NCBI RefSeq assembly: GCF_018350175.1
Contig: NC_058368.1
Location: 11,408,001 to 11,472,000, forward strand
Length of the DNA stretch: 64,000 nucleotides
Source of the DNA: Felis catus
Lineage: Eukaryota
Direction of reading: 5' to 3'
Shown: in pieces, positions 15,996 to 30,930 of the stretch
How the letters are laid out: each line of letters begins with the position of its first letter
How positions within the stretch are numbered: the stretch's first letter is position 1
Made by a program: the position numbers and the translations under genes
Notes under the pieces: model-generated
Database searches by the model: none
What the model was told of the DNA's origin: nothing
Seen by the model: the letters and a program-made list of their open reading frames with translations, nothing else

Positions 15996-16210
15996 GGGAT
16001 GCCTGGGTGGCTCAGTTGGTTGGGTGTCTGACTTCAGCTGAGGTCACGATCGCATGATTCGCAGGTTTGATCCCCACGTTGGGCTCTGTGCTAACAGCTC
16101 AGAGCCTGGAGCCTGCCTTGGATTCTGTGTCTCTCTCTCTGCCCCTCTCCTGTTCACACTCTCTCTCAAAAATAAATAAACCTTAAAAAATTAAAATTAT
16201 ATTAAATTAA
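15996..16210 (+). mobile_element. SINEC
   Basis: gggatgcctgggtggctcag head; TSD agaaagttgtatt. Confidence 0.9.
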
Positions 16211-16569
16211 AGAAAGTTGTATTCATGTGTTAGTAGTGAGATAAAAAAATTAAGCTTGAGTAATATCAAAAACAAGAAGTGAAAATATCCTTTTTTCACC
16301 CCCAAGCCATCTTCTGCTTTCTGAAGTTTGCCTCAAAATAAATGTCAGTCACTCACTAGCTATGAACTATTCCCTAATTGTTTATCTTATCAAGGGTTTT
16401 CTGTTCATGATCTCTTTTCCACTATAAGAAAAAACACACAGCAAAAAAAAAAAAAAAAGTCATCTTTAAAGAGTATTGTATAGCAAGAAAATGAAATGAA
16501 TTTCAGCTCCATTTTCCCTTTGATTATACTGCTAATTGCCACATAACCTACTCCCTGTGTTTCTGCCTC

Positions 16570-17300
16570 CACCCCAGCTCCTATCCCGTGCACACAATCA
16601 ATTGCCAAATCCTGATGATTTTATCTCCTTTGTAGTTTTTAGATCTTACCCCCTCCTTTCTGTCTCTATCATAACTGCCCTAATTCAAACCCTCATCAGT
16701 TCCCCTTTAGACCATGGTAACAGCTCCCAATATCGACCCCCCTACAAATTCCTTCTCCACGCAAAACTCAGAGTGGTTCTTCAAAATCAGTGTCATTGCC
16801 TCACTCCCCTAGTGAACATCCTGTAGGATCTCCATAACTTTTAGGATGAAGTTCATAAGCTTCTGAGCCCACCTACCACCCTAGTCCCATCTTCTTTCAC
16901 TCAGTCTGCTACACAGAGATTCTTTCCTTTACAGAAGGGATCTTCCCATTTCATTCTCGTAATCTTTCAAAATGCAGTTGTCTCTGCCTAGAACACTCCC
17001 CCATATGACCCCTTCCATAGCCTGGCTAATGTCTCCTGGTTCTTCAGAGCTCAGTTTACTTGTTTCCTCCTTAGAAAAGCCTTCCCTAACACCAAGTCTG
17101 GTGTAGATATCCCTCATCAGGATTGTCTAGCATGCTGTGGCTACTCCCATCATAACTAGATGGTATAGATTATCTCCCCCACTAAACACCAAGTCTCCCT
17201 TAAAGGAACAGACCAGCCTTACTAACTTAGTATCGCTAGTACTGTGCAATTGTTCCTGGTATATGTTGGGTGTTTACTACATTTAAATGGATTGAATGAA
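16570..17300 (+). mobile_element. L2 remnant
   Basis: Pyrimidine-rich L2-like text ending in a tgaatgaa-like terminus. Confidence 0.55.
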
Positions 17301-17660
17301 AATATTAAATCAGTGAGCTACTGAGAAATGTAGAGATATCTTCTGTTCTTTCCATTCTTATTTGGTTATCAATAAAATCTATTTACGTGAGATAGATTTT
17401 TGTGTGTTCATTTATCTGGGTGCAACAATATTGAATTTTAAACAAAAATAGAGCTATTTCCCTTTTTCTAATAAACAGCAAAAGAATGAGGGGCAGAGGA
17501 AATGCCCAAATGGGCATGAAAGTGTCATTAGTAAGTGTGACTGAGGTCAGTTGTCACCTAGAATCATGATTATGTTATCGTGAATCAATGTTATCATGAT
17601 TGTTAACATGAATCAATGTTATCATGATTGTTAACCAGCCTGTCGTGTAAACTATGCTGA

Positions 17661-17819
<159 letters not shown>

Positions 17820-18078
17820 TGAGCACAAAAAAATAGAAAGGGTAGTTGATAACTGGATTGCTGCTTATTCCTGTATATCACTGGCGGATATGAAAAGTAG
17901 AAAACAATTATATAATCTTCTGTGAACACAGGAACTAACTGATGCTTTACCTTTAATACTATATTAAAACATGCATTCATTTGTTTTGTTACTATGAAAC
18001 TTGATTAAATATAAATACTCCTGAGACAGCCAGCCAATGTTTTTTCATACCGTGTCTTACTTTCCTACCTCTTTGTAG

Positions 18079-18261
<183 letters not shown>

Positions 18262-18299
18262 TGACCTGTGTGATCATTTCTGCACAAAGTATTCTTCCC

Positions 18300-18750
18300 T
18301 TTATTTTATTTTTTTACAAGAGAACAAACCTATGCTTTTGCTCACTTACTTTTCAATAAGTTTAAATCCTTGAGGGAAACAGCATCACATGGATTCTGTG
18401 TCCAGTGGTCTTAGCAGGAAGGCTGCTTCGGAATTTGGCGTGAACCATGCTGCTCTTTCCATGAGCAAGAGTTACCTTTCCCCAGATTATCCTGGGCTTG
18501 TTCGGTTTGCCACTAGGAGTCGCTGTGTTGTTCCTTGCTTTGTATGCATACGAGTATCTCTTGCCTAGATAGAATTCATTTACAACTCAAGCATAAACAC
18601 CTTAAATTTAAGAAGAGTTGTATGTTTCCTCTGGTTCCGGCGACCCCTAGTATTACCAGAAAAGATGGCCTTGGGCCACCGCCTTCCAGACACTTTTGTT
18701 ATTTTAGGAGGCCTGTTCCCAGTGGGCTCTAAGATGGCAGCAAGGGAAGG
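18300..18750 (-). pseudogene. RPL35A: Processed pseudogene of 60S ribosomal protein L35a (eL33)
   Basis: Minus strand reads (V)SGRRWPKAIFSGNTRGRRNQRKHTTLLK, then after a 1-nt deletion and a [74 protein letters not shown] (18693 to 18362). It is intronless, with a 5' TOP-like cttcccttgctgccatctt and a degenerate poly(A) at about 18300-18316. Confidence 0.92.
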
Positions 18751-19649
18751 GCAAGGCCATAATCTTCCATTCCTGTCCCAGCATCCCCTGCATGAGGTCC
18801 TCAACAGTGCAATCCACCTGCTACATAAAACCAAATATGCTTAGCATTCCTCCACTCAAACATCTCTCCCTAGCTGCCCTAAAAATAGCTGCTGATGATA
18901 ACAGCTTCCATCTGTTGGGTTGTTAATATATGGCATGCTCTATACTAAGCACTTCATGTACACTTCCTTTATCATTTGATTTCTACAACCCCACGAGTAC
19001 CGGTTAGAAAGGGGCTCTGGGCTTGACAGCCGGGGTTCATCCCTGATCCTGCCATTCACTGGTTGTTTGACCTTGGGAAAGTCACAGAACCTCTAAATTC
19101 TGTTTCCTTATCTGCAGTAATAACTACCTGAGAGGGTGCAACGATTAAAATAAGCTGATAAAAGCCAAGCAATTAGCCTCGTCCTGGTGTGGAATTACCA
19201 CCACCACCCCCACCACCGTAATCATCCTTCTTATTTTACGGACGAGATGCTGAGGCTTAGAGACGTTAAATAACAGGAATGCCTTCACTTATTAAAAAAA
19301 CAAAACAAAACAAAACAAAAACTCCTCTTCCAAACTTCCTTGCTTTCCACCTTTTCATCCAGGAACCTTCTGCTTCCATTTCACTTGATCCTTTACATCG
19401 CAGGCCATTTTGTAAATCCTTGATCTTGTGCATGCTGTTCCCTTTGCTGGAAATGGCCCTTCTCTCCCTCTCCCTAACTCCAGTCATCCTTAAGACCTAA
19501 TCGAAAATCTGCTTCTACCGTGAGAACCTCTCCATCCATCTGCAGCAGAGTTAGTCACATCCTTGCCTCGTGCCTGCAACACTGGAAGGACTCCAGAAAA
19601 CCCTTCTTGATGAACTAGTTCTCCTCTTGGAAAACTAAAATTTAATTTT

Positions 19650-21180
19650 ATTCATGTCAACCAAGATTCGAGTGCTAGCTATATGCCAGATGCTGTGTTT
19701 GGGTCATAGGAAGATAGATGTAAATAGAAGAGTCTCTCTTCCATCAATGGGTCATAGTCTAATAATAAAGAAAGATGTGTAATCATATGGTTAGTGGGAT
19801 ACAGGGCAGCAAGCGCAATTAAAAAAAAAAAAAAGCACATTCTGTGTCTGAGATGGAAGATAAGGGGATAATCGATTATTGGACCAGGAGTATCAGGCAA
19901 GACTTCCCAGAGAAGTTGGTGTCTCAGCTGCAGTTGGAAAGAGGAGTAGAAATTTGCAAAGCAAACAAGTAGTTGACATTACAGTTGGCAAATAGATGGG
20001 TATTACAGACTGAGAAAATAGCACATGCATTGACCTAGAGGTTTAAAATAACATGCTGTATTTGAGAAATTATATGTTGGTCGGTTTGGCTAACATAACA
20101 GGCAAGGACAGGGGAAGTTATAGATGGTCATGGACAGACAGAGAGGTAGAAGTCAAATCTTGGAAGGCTTTGTATTGCACCCTAAGGAGTTTGTAGGCCA
20201 CTTATCTCTAGGTGTTCCTTGAAACCCTCAGAGCCCTGGGAATAGGAAGGGCATCCAAGCAAGCTGCTGGGGTTCTGGAAGCCGCTGATCAGCTTAAAAC
20301 GAGAAGGGAGGAGGGCAAGATCAGAATGCATTTTAGAAAGACCAGCTGCAGTGTGGAGAGTGGATAAAAGAACATCCAGTCTAAAGAAAAGATCAGCTGA
20401 GGAAAAATGACAGTGGTCCACACAGGAAATTACGGGGGCCTGAACTAAGTCCAGTGAGAGTGGAAAGGGGAGCCCCGAGTCAAGAGCTACCAGGCAGGGT
20501 AGACAGAGGGCAATCCTTGGGATGGTATCGGGGAGGTAGGGGGTGAGGACCCTACCTTGAGAGCCAATCCAAGGAAAAGGAGAGGTAAGGCAAGGCAGAG
20601 ATCATGAGCTCAGCCAGGGATGTTGAGTGTAGGTGTCTGTCAGACATTCCTGTGTAGAGACAGACTGGTGTGAAGGGAGGGCCGCTGCTAGTGACTCATT
20701 GAGGAATAGAAGGGGTAGACCCAAGAGAGCAGATGTGACCATGAGTGGAGAGAGCACAGAGGGGAAGAACGCACCCAGACACCCAGCTTCTAAGGTCTGG
20801 GCCCAGAAAGAGTGAGGGAACAGACGGGGATAGGGGCCCACTCAGAGAGGAAGGAGAACACCTAGAAAGTGAACTTCATGGAAACCTAGAGAAGAACGGA
20901 TTTCAGAGGTGAGCAGTCCACAGCCTTGACTGGAGCTCCCAGGAGGTAAGATCTAAACATTACCCTCTGGACTTCACAGTTCACGATTCACAATTATTGG
21001 TAACTGTCAATCGTTTCCATGGAGAAGTAGCAGCAGAAGCCAGGTCTCAGTGGCTTGGCTGGGAAAGAAGGAAGGAACGAGAGGACGGAGCAGATGCAGA
21101 GCCTGAGGGGGAGCAGGACTCGAGCTTTATTGGCTGAGAGGAAGAAGCTGGTAACAGGGTGGACAAATCAGGGGAGAGGA
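19650..21180 (-). mobile_element. L2 remnant(s), antisense
   Basis: ttattcatgtcaacc...tatgccagatgctgtg; cagaatgcattttagaaagaccagct; purine-rich. Confidence 0.5.
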
Positions 21181-23426
21181 AGTAAAAGTACTGCAAGTTT
21201 AAGAACAAAAGAAGCTCATACAGTGAGTTGCAAGCAGGTTCAATCTAACTTTTCAAGAATTAACCTTTCGGCTATTTTGATTTATGAGGAATAGCTTTTT
21301 TTTTTTTTAATAACGTGGAAAAATAAGGAGGTTACAGAGATTTCTAGCTCTCACTTTTACTGTTTTTACTACTGAAAACCCTGTGGTGAGATTTTTATTG
21401 CCTGTAATTTCAGATGAGTTAATTCCTTGTAAGTAGCCAGGCAAGTTGCTCAGGGCCCTCCCAAAGAAGCCGGAAAATGTACGTAGCAGCCCGCTAACAT
21501 CCTCTCACATTTTTTAAGTTTGTTTCTGGAGGGGTGAATGGAAGTTGTTTCCATGTCTGTGGCATTTTTTTATCCTCTTTTCCCTTTAGAAAGATCTCTA
21601 CAATCCTGGCCCTGATCTAGGTGTGTGGGATACTTTAGACAGACTTTCCCCCCCCCCCCCCCACACACACACACACCCCCATCTGACCTTATGTCTGACA
21701 GACAAGATGCAATAAACATCATAAATAAGCAAATTATGTGATGTGTTAGAAGCTAATCATGGCTACAAAAAAGACAATAGGTTTCTTTACCACTGTTAAA
21801 AGACGACAAGTATTCTTAATGGCAGTTGTCCCTCCCACTGGAAGGATTTATTCCTCTCCAAAGTCTCAGTCCTTTCTAGTCAAGTTAAAATACAATAAAA
21901 CCTTGGTTTGCGGGCATAAATCATTCCAGAAACATGCTTATAATCCAAAGTACTTGTATATCAAAGCAAATTAGGAGAACCATTGGCTCAGTTGTGATCA
22001 TGTGCCATTTGGCATCATGTACAACTCATACTGCAAGACGTCGCTCATTTATTGAGTTAAAATTTATTAGAAATGTTTGCTTGTCTTGCAGAACACTCAC
22101 AGAGCACGTTACTCGCAATCCAAGGTCTTACCTGTAGTTTTTTTTGCCATGCAAGTGAATCTTTGTAGCCAGAAGTCCTTTTTCTCTGCTGAACCCCTAT
22201 AGCACTCTTGTTTGTTCCTTTCTGTGTCATTTGTCACTTTCTACCTTGCTCCAGAGCCACCTGTCTCAGAGCCTCCTCTTCACGGACAGGAACTGAATCT
22301 TGAATCCTTGCTGGCTCCATAGTGCCTAGCACAGTGGCTTGACCTAGAAAAGGCCCAGTATGTTGAATAGATAAATGTTCCAGTTTTCTAAGGATCTGAC
22401 TATGTGTCAGACAAGTTCATGATATCAGTTGTCACATCCGTAAAGTTTCGAAATTAAGTAAGTTTTGAAATTTTAAGCAATGTAAGACATAACTGTTCAC
22501 CCTGATTATTGTGGCACAGCATTAAATATATTCGTAGTGTTCACAATAGAAAAATTACAATTTTTGGAAAAAGGGCCAAATCAATTAAAGCTACCGTCTC
22601 AGGGATCTAGTGGATTATCTTGGTTTAATTCCTGGCATCTGTGTTGTTCTATTGTTTAGCAGCCAAAAACTCTCCAAATGAGATTACGTGCCACACTGGA
22701 TAATAACAAGTGCATCAGACCATGCTCGCGAATTTCCCTTAGGATCAAACCGTTTCTTCTCTAGATGTTAGAAATAAAAGATAGCAAGCAGCTTGCAGCA
22801 GATAGGTAACGCTGTGCTTTTATTTCCGGAGAAAGCTTATTCAGGTCGTAAAATTAAATGCTCCTGGCAGTGAGACAGTGCAAAATGCGCTCAGAGAAAA
22901 TAGTGCTGAAATCACTGGACTGGATGCACCATTTTACCATTTTGAATCATTTATTTCATAAAATGAAGTGCGACACTGAGCACACGGCTTCCACACAGTT
23001 GGCAGTTTTCAAGTAGATGCCACAAACTTGAGTCCACGCACTGGCTTCGTTCTCACTTTTACAGCTGAGAGTTCATAGAAGACACCTGGTAAAATATTGG
23101 TAGAGTGGAAAGACAATAATTGTTTTAAGAATCCTAGCCACGGTTTATTAAGAGCCTCCTAGACGACCAGCACTGTGTTGAGCATATACTATACCTTATA
23201 TCTTTTAATATATAAAAGACCATGGGATTGGATCCAAACCACCTATGTGGTCCCATTGTATAGATGAGGAAGCTGAGGAACAGAGGGGTTAAATAACTAA
23301 CACAGAATTTCATGCAGCTGGTAATGTGGAGCCGCTGGGACCTCATCACGTGTCCTTCTGATTCCGAGCCCCTTGTTTTGTGCGCTCTGATACACGTCGT
23401 CCGTAGCAGTGGGTGTGAAGTCGTGA

Positions 23427-24110
<684 letters not shown>

Positions 24111-24384
24111 TAAAAACGTACATTATGTGCATTTTCCCACAATTTTTAAAAGTAATAATATAAATACAAATGATAACGCTCACATACTAGAAATCATGAG
24201 AACAAGTATGTGCATTATAAATGGCTGGAAAATGGCATCTTGCTGAGGAGTGGCCACGTCTCCCCCTCCTTAGGATTTCGAGATGGCCATGACCCGTATA
24301 ACAACTTTTCCTCAAACATTCTGCCTGCTGACATTTTTTTTTCCCCCACGTCTCCTGGGCCGGTTTTTATCTTGTTTGTTCTAG

Positions 24385-24654
<270 letters not shown>

Positions 24655-25052
24655 TAGGAGCTCATCTAGGTATTACATAAAAGTTTCCTTCTGTCCCCCG
24701 AGAAGCAGGCGACAGTCAGTGTCTCAGTGACCCCTCTGTCATCCTCTTTCTAAGCCTTTGGACACAGAAATGTATGCATGAAGCGGTGGATATTTTCCTA
24801 ACAGTTACTAAAAGCTACCTTCTATAAAAATTAGACCCACCACATACGAGAAACTCAGTAACGCATCATGTTATTACTCATAAAGATGTTTTGTGTGTAC
24901 ATCTTGATGCTCTTACATCTTGAGTTTCCAGGTGTTTCTCTTCAAATGTAGGTGGGAGGAGAGAAATAGGCAGAGAGAAATCTTCCGGAGATATGTAATA
25001 TTTAGTGTTTGTATTTGAAGATGATACGGTCAATAAAAGAACAGCATTTTTT

Positions 25053-25267
25053 AAAAATTTTTTAATGTTTTGTTTATTTTTAAGACTGAGAGAGACAGAG
25101 CACAAGCAGAGGAGGGGCAGAGAGAGAGGGAGACACAGAATGCAAAGGAGGCTCCAGGCTCTGAGCTGTCAGCGCAGAGCCCGACACGGGGCGCGAACTT
25201 ATGAACCGTGAGATCATGACCTGAGCCGAAGTTGGACGCTTAACCAACCGAGCCACCCAGGGGCCCC
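25053..25267 (-). mobile_element. SINEC (antisense)
   Basis: Reverse-complement SINE; TSD aacagcattttt. Confidence 0.9.
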
Positions 25268-25709
25268 AAAACAACAGCATTTTTAAAACCGTAACTCAAC
25301 TGGCATTTGTGTGCTGGTTGTTTTTCTGAGAGATTTTCTGGCTGCCCGTTGTTTCAAAGCCACATCCACATCCGGCCTCAGGTTTGACAATGAGGGCTAC
25401 AATCAGACAGAGCTTTAATCCAGAGTTAGTTTTTAAACTTAAAACCATACCAACAACCAAAACTCATTAGTTTCTAGGGAAGAAGAGAATAGAAAGGGAC
25501 TGGACTCCTTGTCTAAACAAAAATCACTAGCCGTTTTTCCCCACGGTTTGTATAAATAAAATGCTTTCTAGATAAGGCTTTAGATGCAAGGTTTCAGTTG
25601 AGGGAGAATTCATGTGCCCCAAAAGTAGCTTGTGTAAACTCGGCCATTAGGGAAGGGAAAGTCTTTGACATGCACTCCTATCAGGCATGCATGTAAAGGG
25701 AGGCGAATT

Positions 25710-25949
25710 TTATTTTTTTTCTTTTTTTTTTCTTTTTTTTTTTTTCAACGTTTATTTATTTTTGGGACAGAGAGAGACAGAGCATGAATGGGGGAGGGGC
25801 AGAGAGAGAGGGAGACACAGAATCGGAAACAGGCTCCAGGCCCCGAGCCATCAGCCCAGAGCCCGATGCGGGGCTCGAACCCACGGACCACGAGATCATG
25901 ACCTGAGCTGAAGTCGGACGCTTAACCGACTGCGCCACCCAGGCGCCCC
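25710..25949 (-). mobile_element. Young felid SINEC (antisense)
   Basis: Long T tract, CpG-rich; TSD gggaggc(g/a)aatttta. Confidence 0.92.
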
Positions 25950-26066
25950 GGGAGGCAAATTTTAATGCAGACACTCCGATTCATGCTGGGAGACCATGAA
26001 GTTGAGCTCTCAGCATGGTAGCTCTGGGGATGATGCATTCATGGAAGGGAACAGCTTACAGTCTAG

Positions 26067-26354
<288 letters not shown>

Positions 26355-26365
26355 TGAATGGAAAG

Positions 26366-26388
26366 GAGAGAGAGAGAGAGAGAGAGAG

Positions 26389-26425
<37 letters not shown>
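26366..26425. repeat. Compound (GA)n(GT)n microsatellite about 75 nt after exon 11
   Basis: Seen directly. Confidence 0.95.
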
Positions 26426-26427
<2 letters not shown>

Positions 26428-26491
26428 TGCTTTTTCTTATTCCTGTTTAAACTTTCACTTAAGAGATGGCTTAAGAAGAGCTGAGACTCCT

Positions 26492-26720
26492 GGGGTGCCT
26501 GGGTGGCTCAGTCGGTTAAGCATCTGACTTCAGCTCAGATCGTGATCTCGTGGTTCCTGAGTTCAAACCCCACGTTGGGCTCTGTGCTGACAGCTCAGAG
26601 CCTGGAGCCTGCTTCAGATTCTGGGTCTCCCTCTCTCTCTCTGCCCTCTCATGCTCTGTCTCCCTCTGTCTCTCAAAAATAAATAAATGTTAAAAAAAAA
26701 AGTTTTTTTTTTTTTTTAAA
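26492..26720 (+). mobile_element. SINEC
   Basis: TSD aagaa(g/c)agctgagactcct. Confidence 0.9.
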
Positions 26721-27473
26721 GAACAGCTGAGACTCCTAAGAGCATCGTGAGTTTAATGAAATCCATTTGTAAGGATGACCATCAGTCAGGGACTTGGTAA
26801 GCCACAGAGCTTTGCACTTCAGACTGGTTCCAGGCAGGGCACAGCAGTCCCTTGGGAATCTCATTTCTGGACCTTCCTTCTTATGTCCGTGGAATTTTCT
26901 TGGCCAATAACCTCCCAGGATTAGCTCAAATGCTCCCTCAGCAGTATTATCACTTCTAATAAATTGGCTTCTCAGCCTCATTTTGTGAAACAGATAACAC
27001 CCTCCTCAAGTTCCTTGAAGCCGGCTTCCCTTTGATTTTCCTAATATCATAACTGCCTTCAAATTTCTCTCGTCCCTTGGTCTTCTATGCCCTCTGTTTG
27101 CCCTGCACCTGCTGCCAGAATGTGTTCTCACCGAGAAGCAGTAGCCCAGGGATCAGAAACTCTAGGTACTTGGACTTGCTTCACTAACGTTACTTTAATA
27201 ACTCCCGGCCCCAGAAATGTGAAAGCAGCCAGCAGCAGGGCCAGCCGCTATAAATAAGCTCATTACCTAAGTGGTCAGGAAGAAAGGGTTTCAAGAATGT
27301 TGTAGCCTCACTTTATCAGAGAGCTCAGGAATTTGGTCTGACCGTAACAGATGTCCGGGATTCTCCCATTTCAGTGGTGTGGGCTTGGAAGGTTGTTTAG
27401 AATGTCTGAGATTGTACAGAAGATGTAAGGAATCTTTCAAACATGAGATTTTATAGGAAATCCTGCACTGTAA

Positions 27474-27671
<198 letters not shown>

Positions 27672-27734
27672 TAGTATAACTTTCAGCAACAGTCTATACA
27701 AAAGCACCTGTAAGAGTTTGTTGTGTTGCATAAA

Positions 27735-27735
<1 letters not shown>

Positions 27736-27771
<36 letters not shown>
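27736..27771. repeat. (CA)n microsatellite about 90 nt after exon 12
   Basis: Seen directly. Confidence 0.95.
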
Positions 27772-27773
<2 letters not shown>

Positions 27774-28533
27774 TTCTTCTTTGCCTTTAGAAACAGAAAC
27801 TGACTCCAATTCTGCTCTGATATCTCTAAAGATAATGATTTCTCCCTGAGAAAAGCCAGAGAAGACAAAGATTAAGAGGGATGTCATTCTGCTGGCTGAA
27901 TCCCACTTACCGCAGGGGTTACTGCAAACCACTGGTTGTTCGGCTAGCGGGCACAGACCATCTGGAATTAGAGGGAATTTCCACGTGAAATTTTCAAATC
28001 TGATTGGGGAATGATTGCTTAGAGATTGAGCAGTTGTCTTGAGGCGAGTCTTATAAAGCATCATCATTTTTATTTCACCTTTACATTGTCGCATTTGGCT
28101 AGCCAACAACAGCACCTTTTCCTGCTAGAAGAAGCCTCTATTCCCTTTACATTAACTCTTTAATGGTATCTCTCTTGCCCCTTTACCGTGCCTCGAAGCT
28201 ACTCATAAATTCATAAAATCTGCATCACTATTTCCTGTGGTTAATTGTGAGGAGCAGAGAAACAAAAAGAAATAAAAAGGACTCAAATTGAAAAATAAAA
28301 ATTAGGATGATTCTCATGGTGTTGAAAACTCCTCAGCCTGGGCATTTTCTAGTGAAAACTACCAGGGAGCCCTTTCACTTAAGAAATTAGTAACAAGGAA
28401 GAGACGCTCACAAATTCAGGTTGGAGATAATTCAGTAGATCAGATAATGAAAATAATCCACTTAGCCCATAATGCTTTCAGATGCTTCATGATGGTCCTC
28501 AGGATTTCATCCTGTGCACAAGAATACAGCGGG

Positions 28534-28764
28534 GGTGGGCGCCTGGGTGGTTCAGTCAGTTGAGCAACTGGCTTCCTCTCAGGTCATGATCTCACGGTCT
28601 GTGAGTTCGAGCCCCGGGTCGGGCTCTGTGCTGACAGCTAGGAGCCTGGAGCCTGCTTCAGATTTGTGTCTCCCTCTCCCTCTGCCCCCGCCCCCCCACC
28701 CCTGCTCGCACCCTGTCTCTGTTTCTCAAAAAATAAATAAACGTTAAAAAACAATTTTAAAAAA
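28534..28764 (+). mobile_element. SINEC
   Basis: gggcgcctgggtggttcag head; TSD aagaatacagc. Confidence 0.9.
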
Positions 28765-28998
28765 AGAATACAGCAGGGGCTGCAGGTGGAAGACAATGAC
28801 CTAAGACTGACTGCGTCTGGGGTTCTGAAGGCTCATTTCCATTTCAGGCCTCCTCAGATTCCTCAGTATGTTCATGACTGGGTCGCTGCACTGCCTTCAG
28901 GCAGATGCGTATCCATATGAGCTTTCCTTCAGGCTAAATGCCCAAACCCAGTGGCTCATGATCATAGACCTCATCCTTTACAGATCTCTAATATAAGC

Positions 28999-29032
<34 letters not shown>
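28999..29032. repeat. (CTTT)n microsatellite
   Basis: Seen directly. Confidence 0.9.
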
Positions 29033-30695
29033 CAGAAATAAGTTTTTTATGAAAGGTTTTCATACTCCATACATCAGTGACAACACGAGATTATTAATTA
29101 ACACGTTTTTAATCTATATTTGTTAGTACCTTCTTTGGAAAACTTCCTCATGGTAAATAATCACATTACCTCTCTAAAGAGATTTCTACTTTCTAGTTGG
29201 AGTATAACATTCTTTATCATTTATCGTCTAGACTGAATTTTCCGTCTTAATTTTATTTAGGGTGCAAAGGTGATGCATGTCCATCAACATCTAACTACAG
29301 AAGCCCCTTTGGATTCCTGAGTGTCCTGCCCAAGTTTTTAGTGGTGGCCCTTGAAATTAAGCTAGTCATCTCTGTAATATTGAGACCAGGCAACACCTCT
29401 AATAGAAGCTTTCTCTTTAGCTCTTGCTTTCCTCCTCCCACACTGTATCTCTGTGGGCCATTGGAAAGCCTGATGCAGTTAGGTACCCACACTCTTTATA
29501 CGTATTCATATGTATCTACTTTTTTCCTAATGCTGTATCTATTCATGCGTAGATTTATTGATCATTTTATATATATTCATATATATGTGATCATACATAT
29601 ATGAATATTTTCTCCCAAAGATCATTCCATTGATCATATAATACTCCACCTGCACTATTTCTCTAATGCATTCTCTCTTTTCCATGAAAATAGACTGTGC
29701 CCTCAGCCTAAAATGTCTCATTTCTCTTCTCTCGTCTACTTATTACCTTTCCTTCCTTGCCGACCCTGTCATGCTGATTTATAGGTACTTGTACACATGC
29801 TTGTCTCAACCACTCGATTTTAATTCTTGGAAAACAGAGACCATATATCTCTTATACACATTGCTATCCTCATTGATTAGACTACTGTGTTGCACATAGT
29901 GGGCATTTTTTAATGTTTAGTCGGTATGTGAATGAAAACTGGAGAAATCTCACAGCCCCAAAGATAAGCTGTCCAAACTCCATTTAGCCCCTTTCTGCCT
30001 CCCTCTTCCTAACCCCATTACAGAAGACAATTACTTACCCTTTTCTTTACAGTCCTTGTAGACAAAGAGTCTATAGACATAATTGCTCAGAAATACTGAC
30101 CAAGGTGCTGTGTTACCCAACCCCTGGGGGTCCTAGTCACCAAAATACATTGTTGGGCTCCAGGGGGCCCCACGGAGTTCTGCAAAGAAACAGGCCTGAC
30201 GCCATGTTTTTTACAGGTAGATTAGTGGTCCTTTGATGTCTTTCAGAAATACTTAATACTATTATTGTACTAACAAAAAGTTCAGATAGGTTATGGTACC
30301 GTTAACGCAAGGGCAATAGAATAAGAGCCAAGCTAAGAAGAGAGCAAGATAGTTGTGTCAAAAGTCCTCATGAAGGACAAATACTGAAAGCTAATACTAA
30401 CCTAACCTTGAGTTCTTCAATAGCCAAAGTAAAAAAGAAAAGTACGGTGAATTTTATAACTTGCAGTGTGTAAAAATAAGCAAAAATGATTCATTGGAAG
30501 CTACTAACAGAAACTACCCTAAATTCAAAGAAGGATTTTATCATGTAGGTGTTTTTTTTAATCAAAGTGAAAATATATTTTTATTAAAATTGCTGTTCAT
30601 AGCAGTTTGTCAAATATGCAGAACCAAACTCCATAAGTATTTGCAATGCATCAACCCTTAATAAAAGCTTATTTTTTAAATTTGTACTTCCATGA

Positions 30696-30930
30696 GGGGC
30701 GCCTGGGTGGCTCAGTCGGTTAAGCATCCAACATGGGCTCAGGTCATGATCTCGCAATCCGTGAGTTCCAGGCCCACGTCAGGCTCTGTGCTGACAGCTC
30801 AGAACCTGGAACGTGCATCAGATTCTGTGTCTCCCTCTTTCTCTGCCCCTCCTCTGCTCGTGCTCTTTCTCTCTGTCTCTCAAAAATAAATAAACAAAAA
30901 CAAATTTTTTTTAATGTGCTTTAAAAAAAA
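30696..30930 (+). mobile_element. SINEC
   Basis: ggggcgcctgggtggctcag head; TSD ttgta(c/g)ttccatga. Confidence 0.9.
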
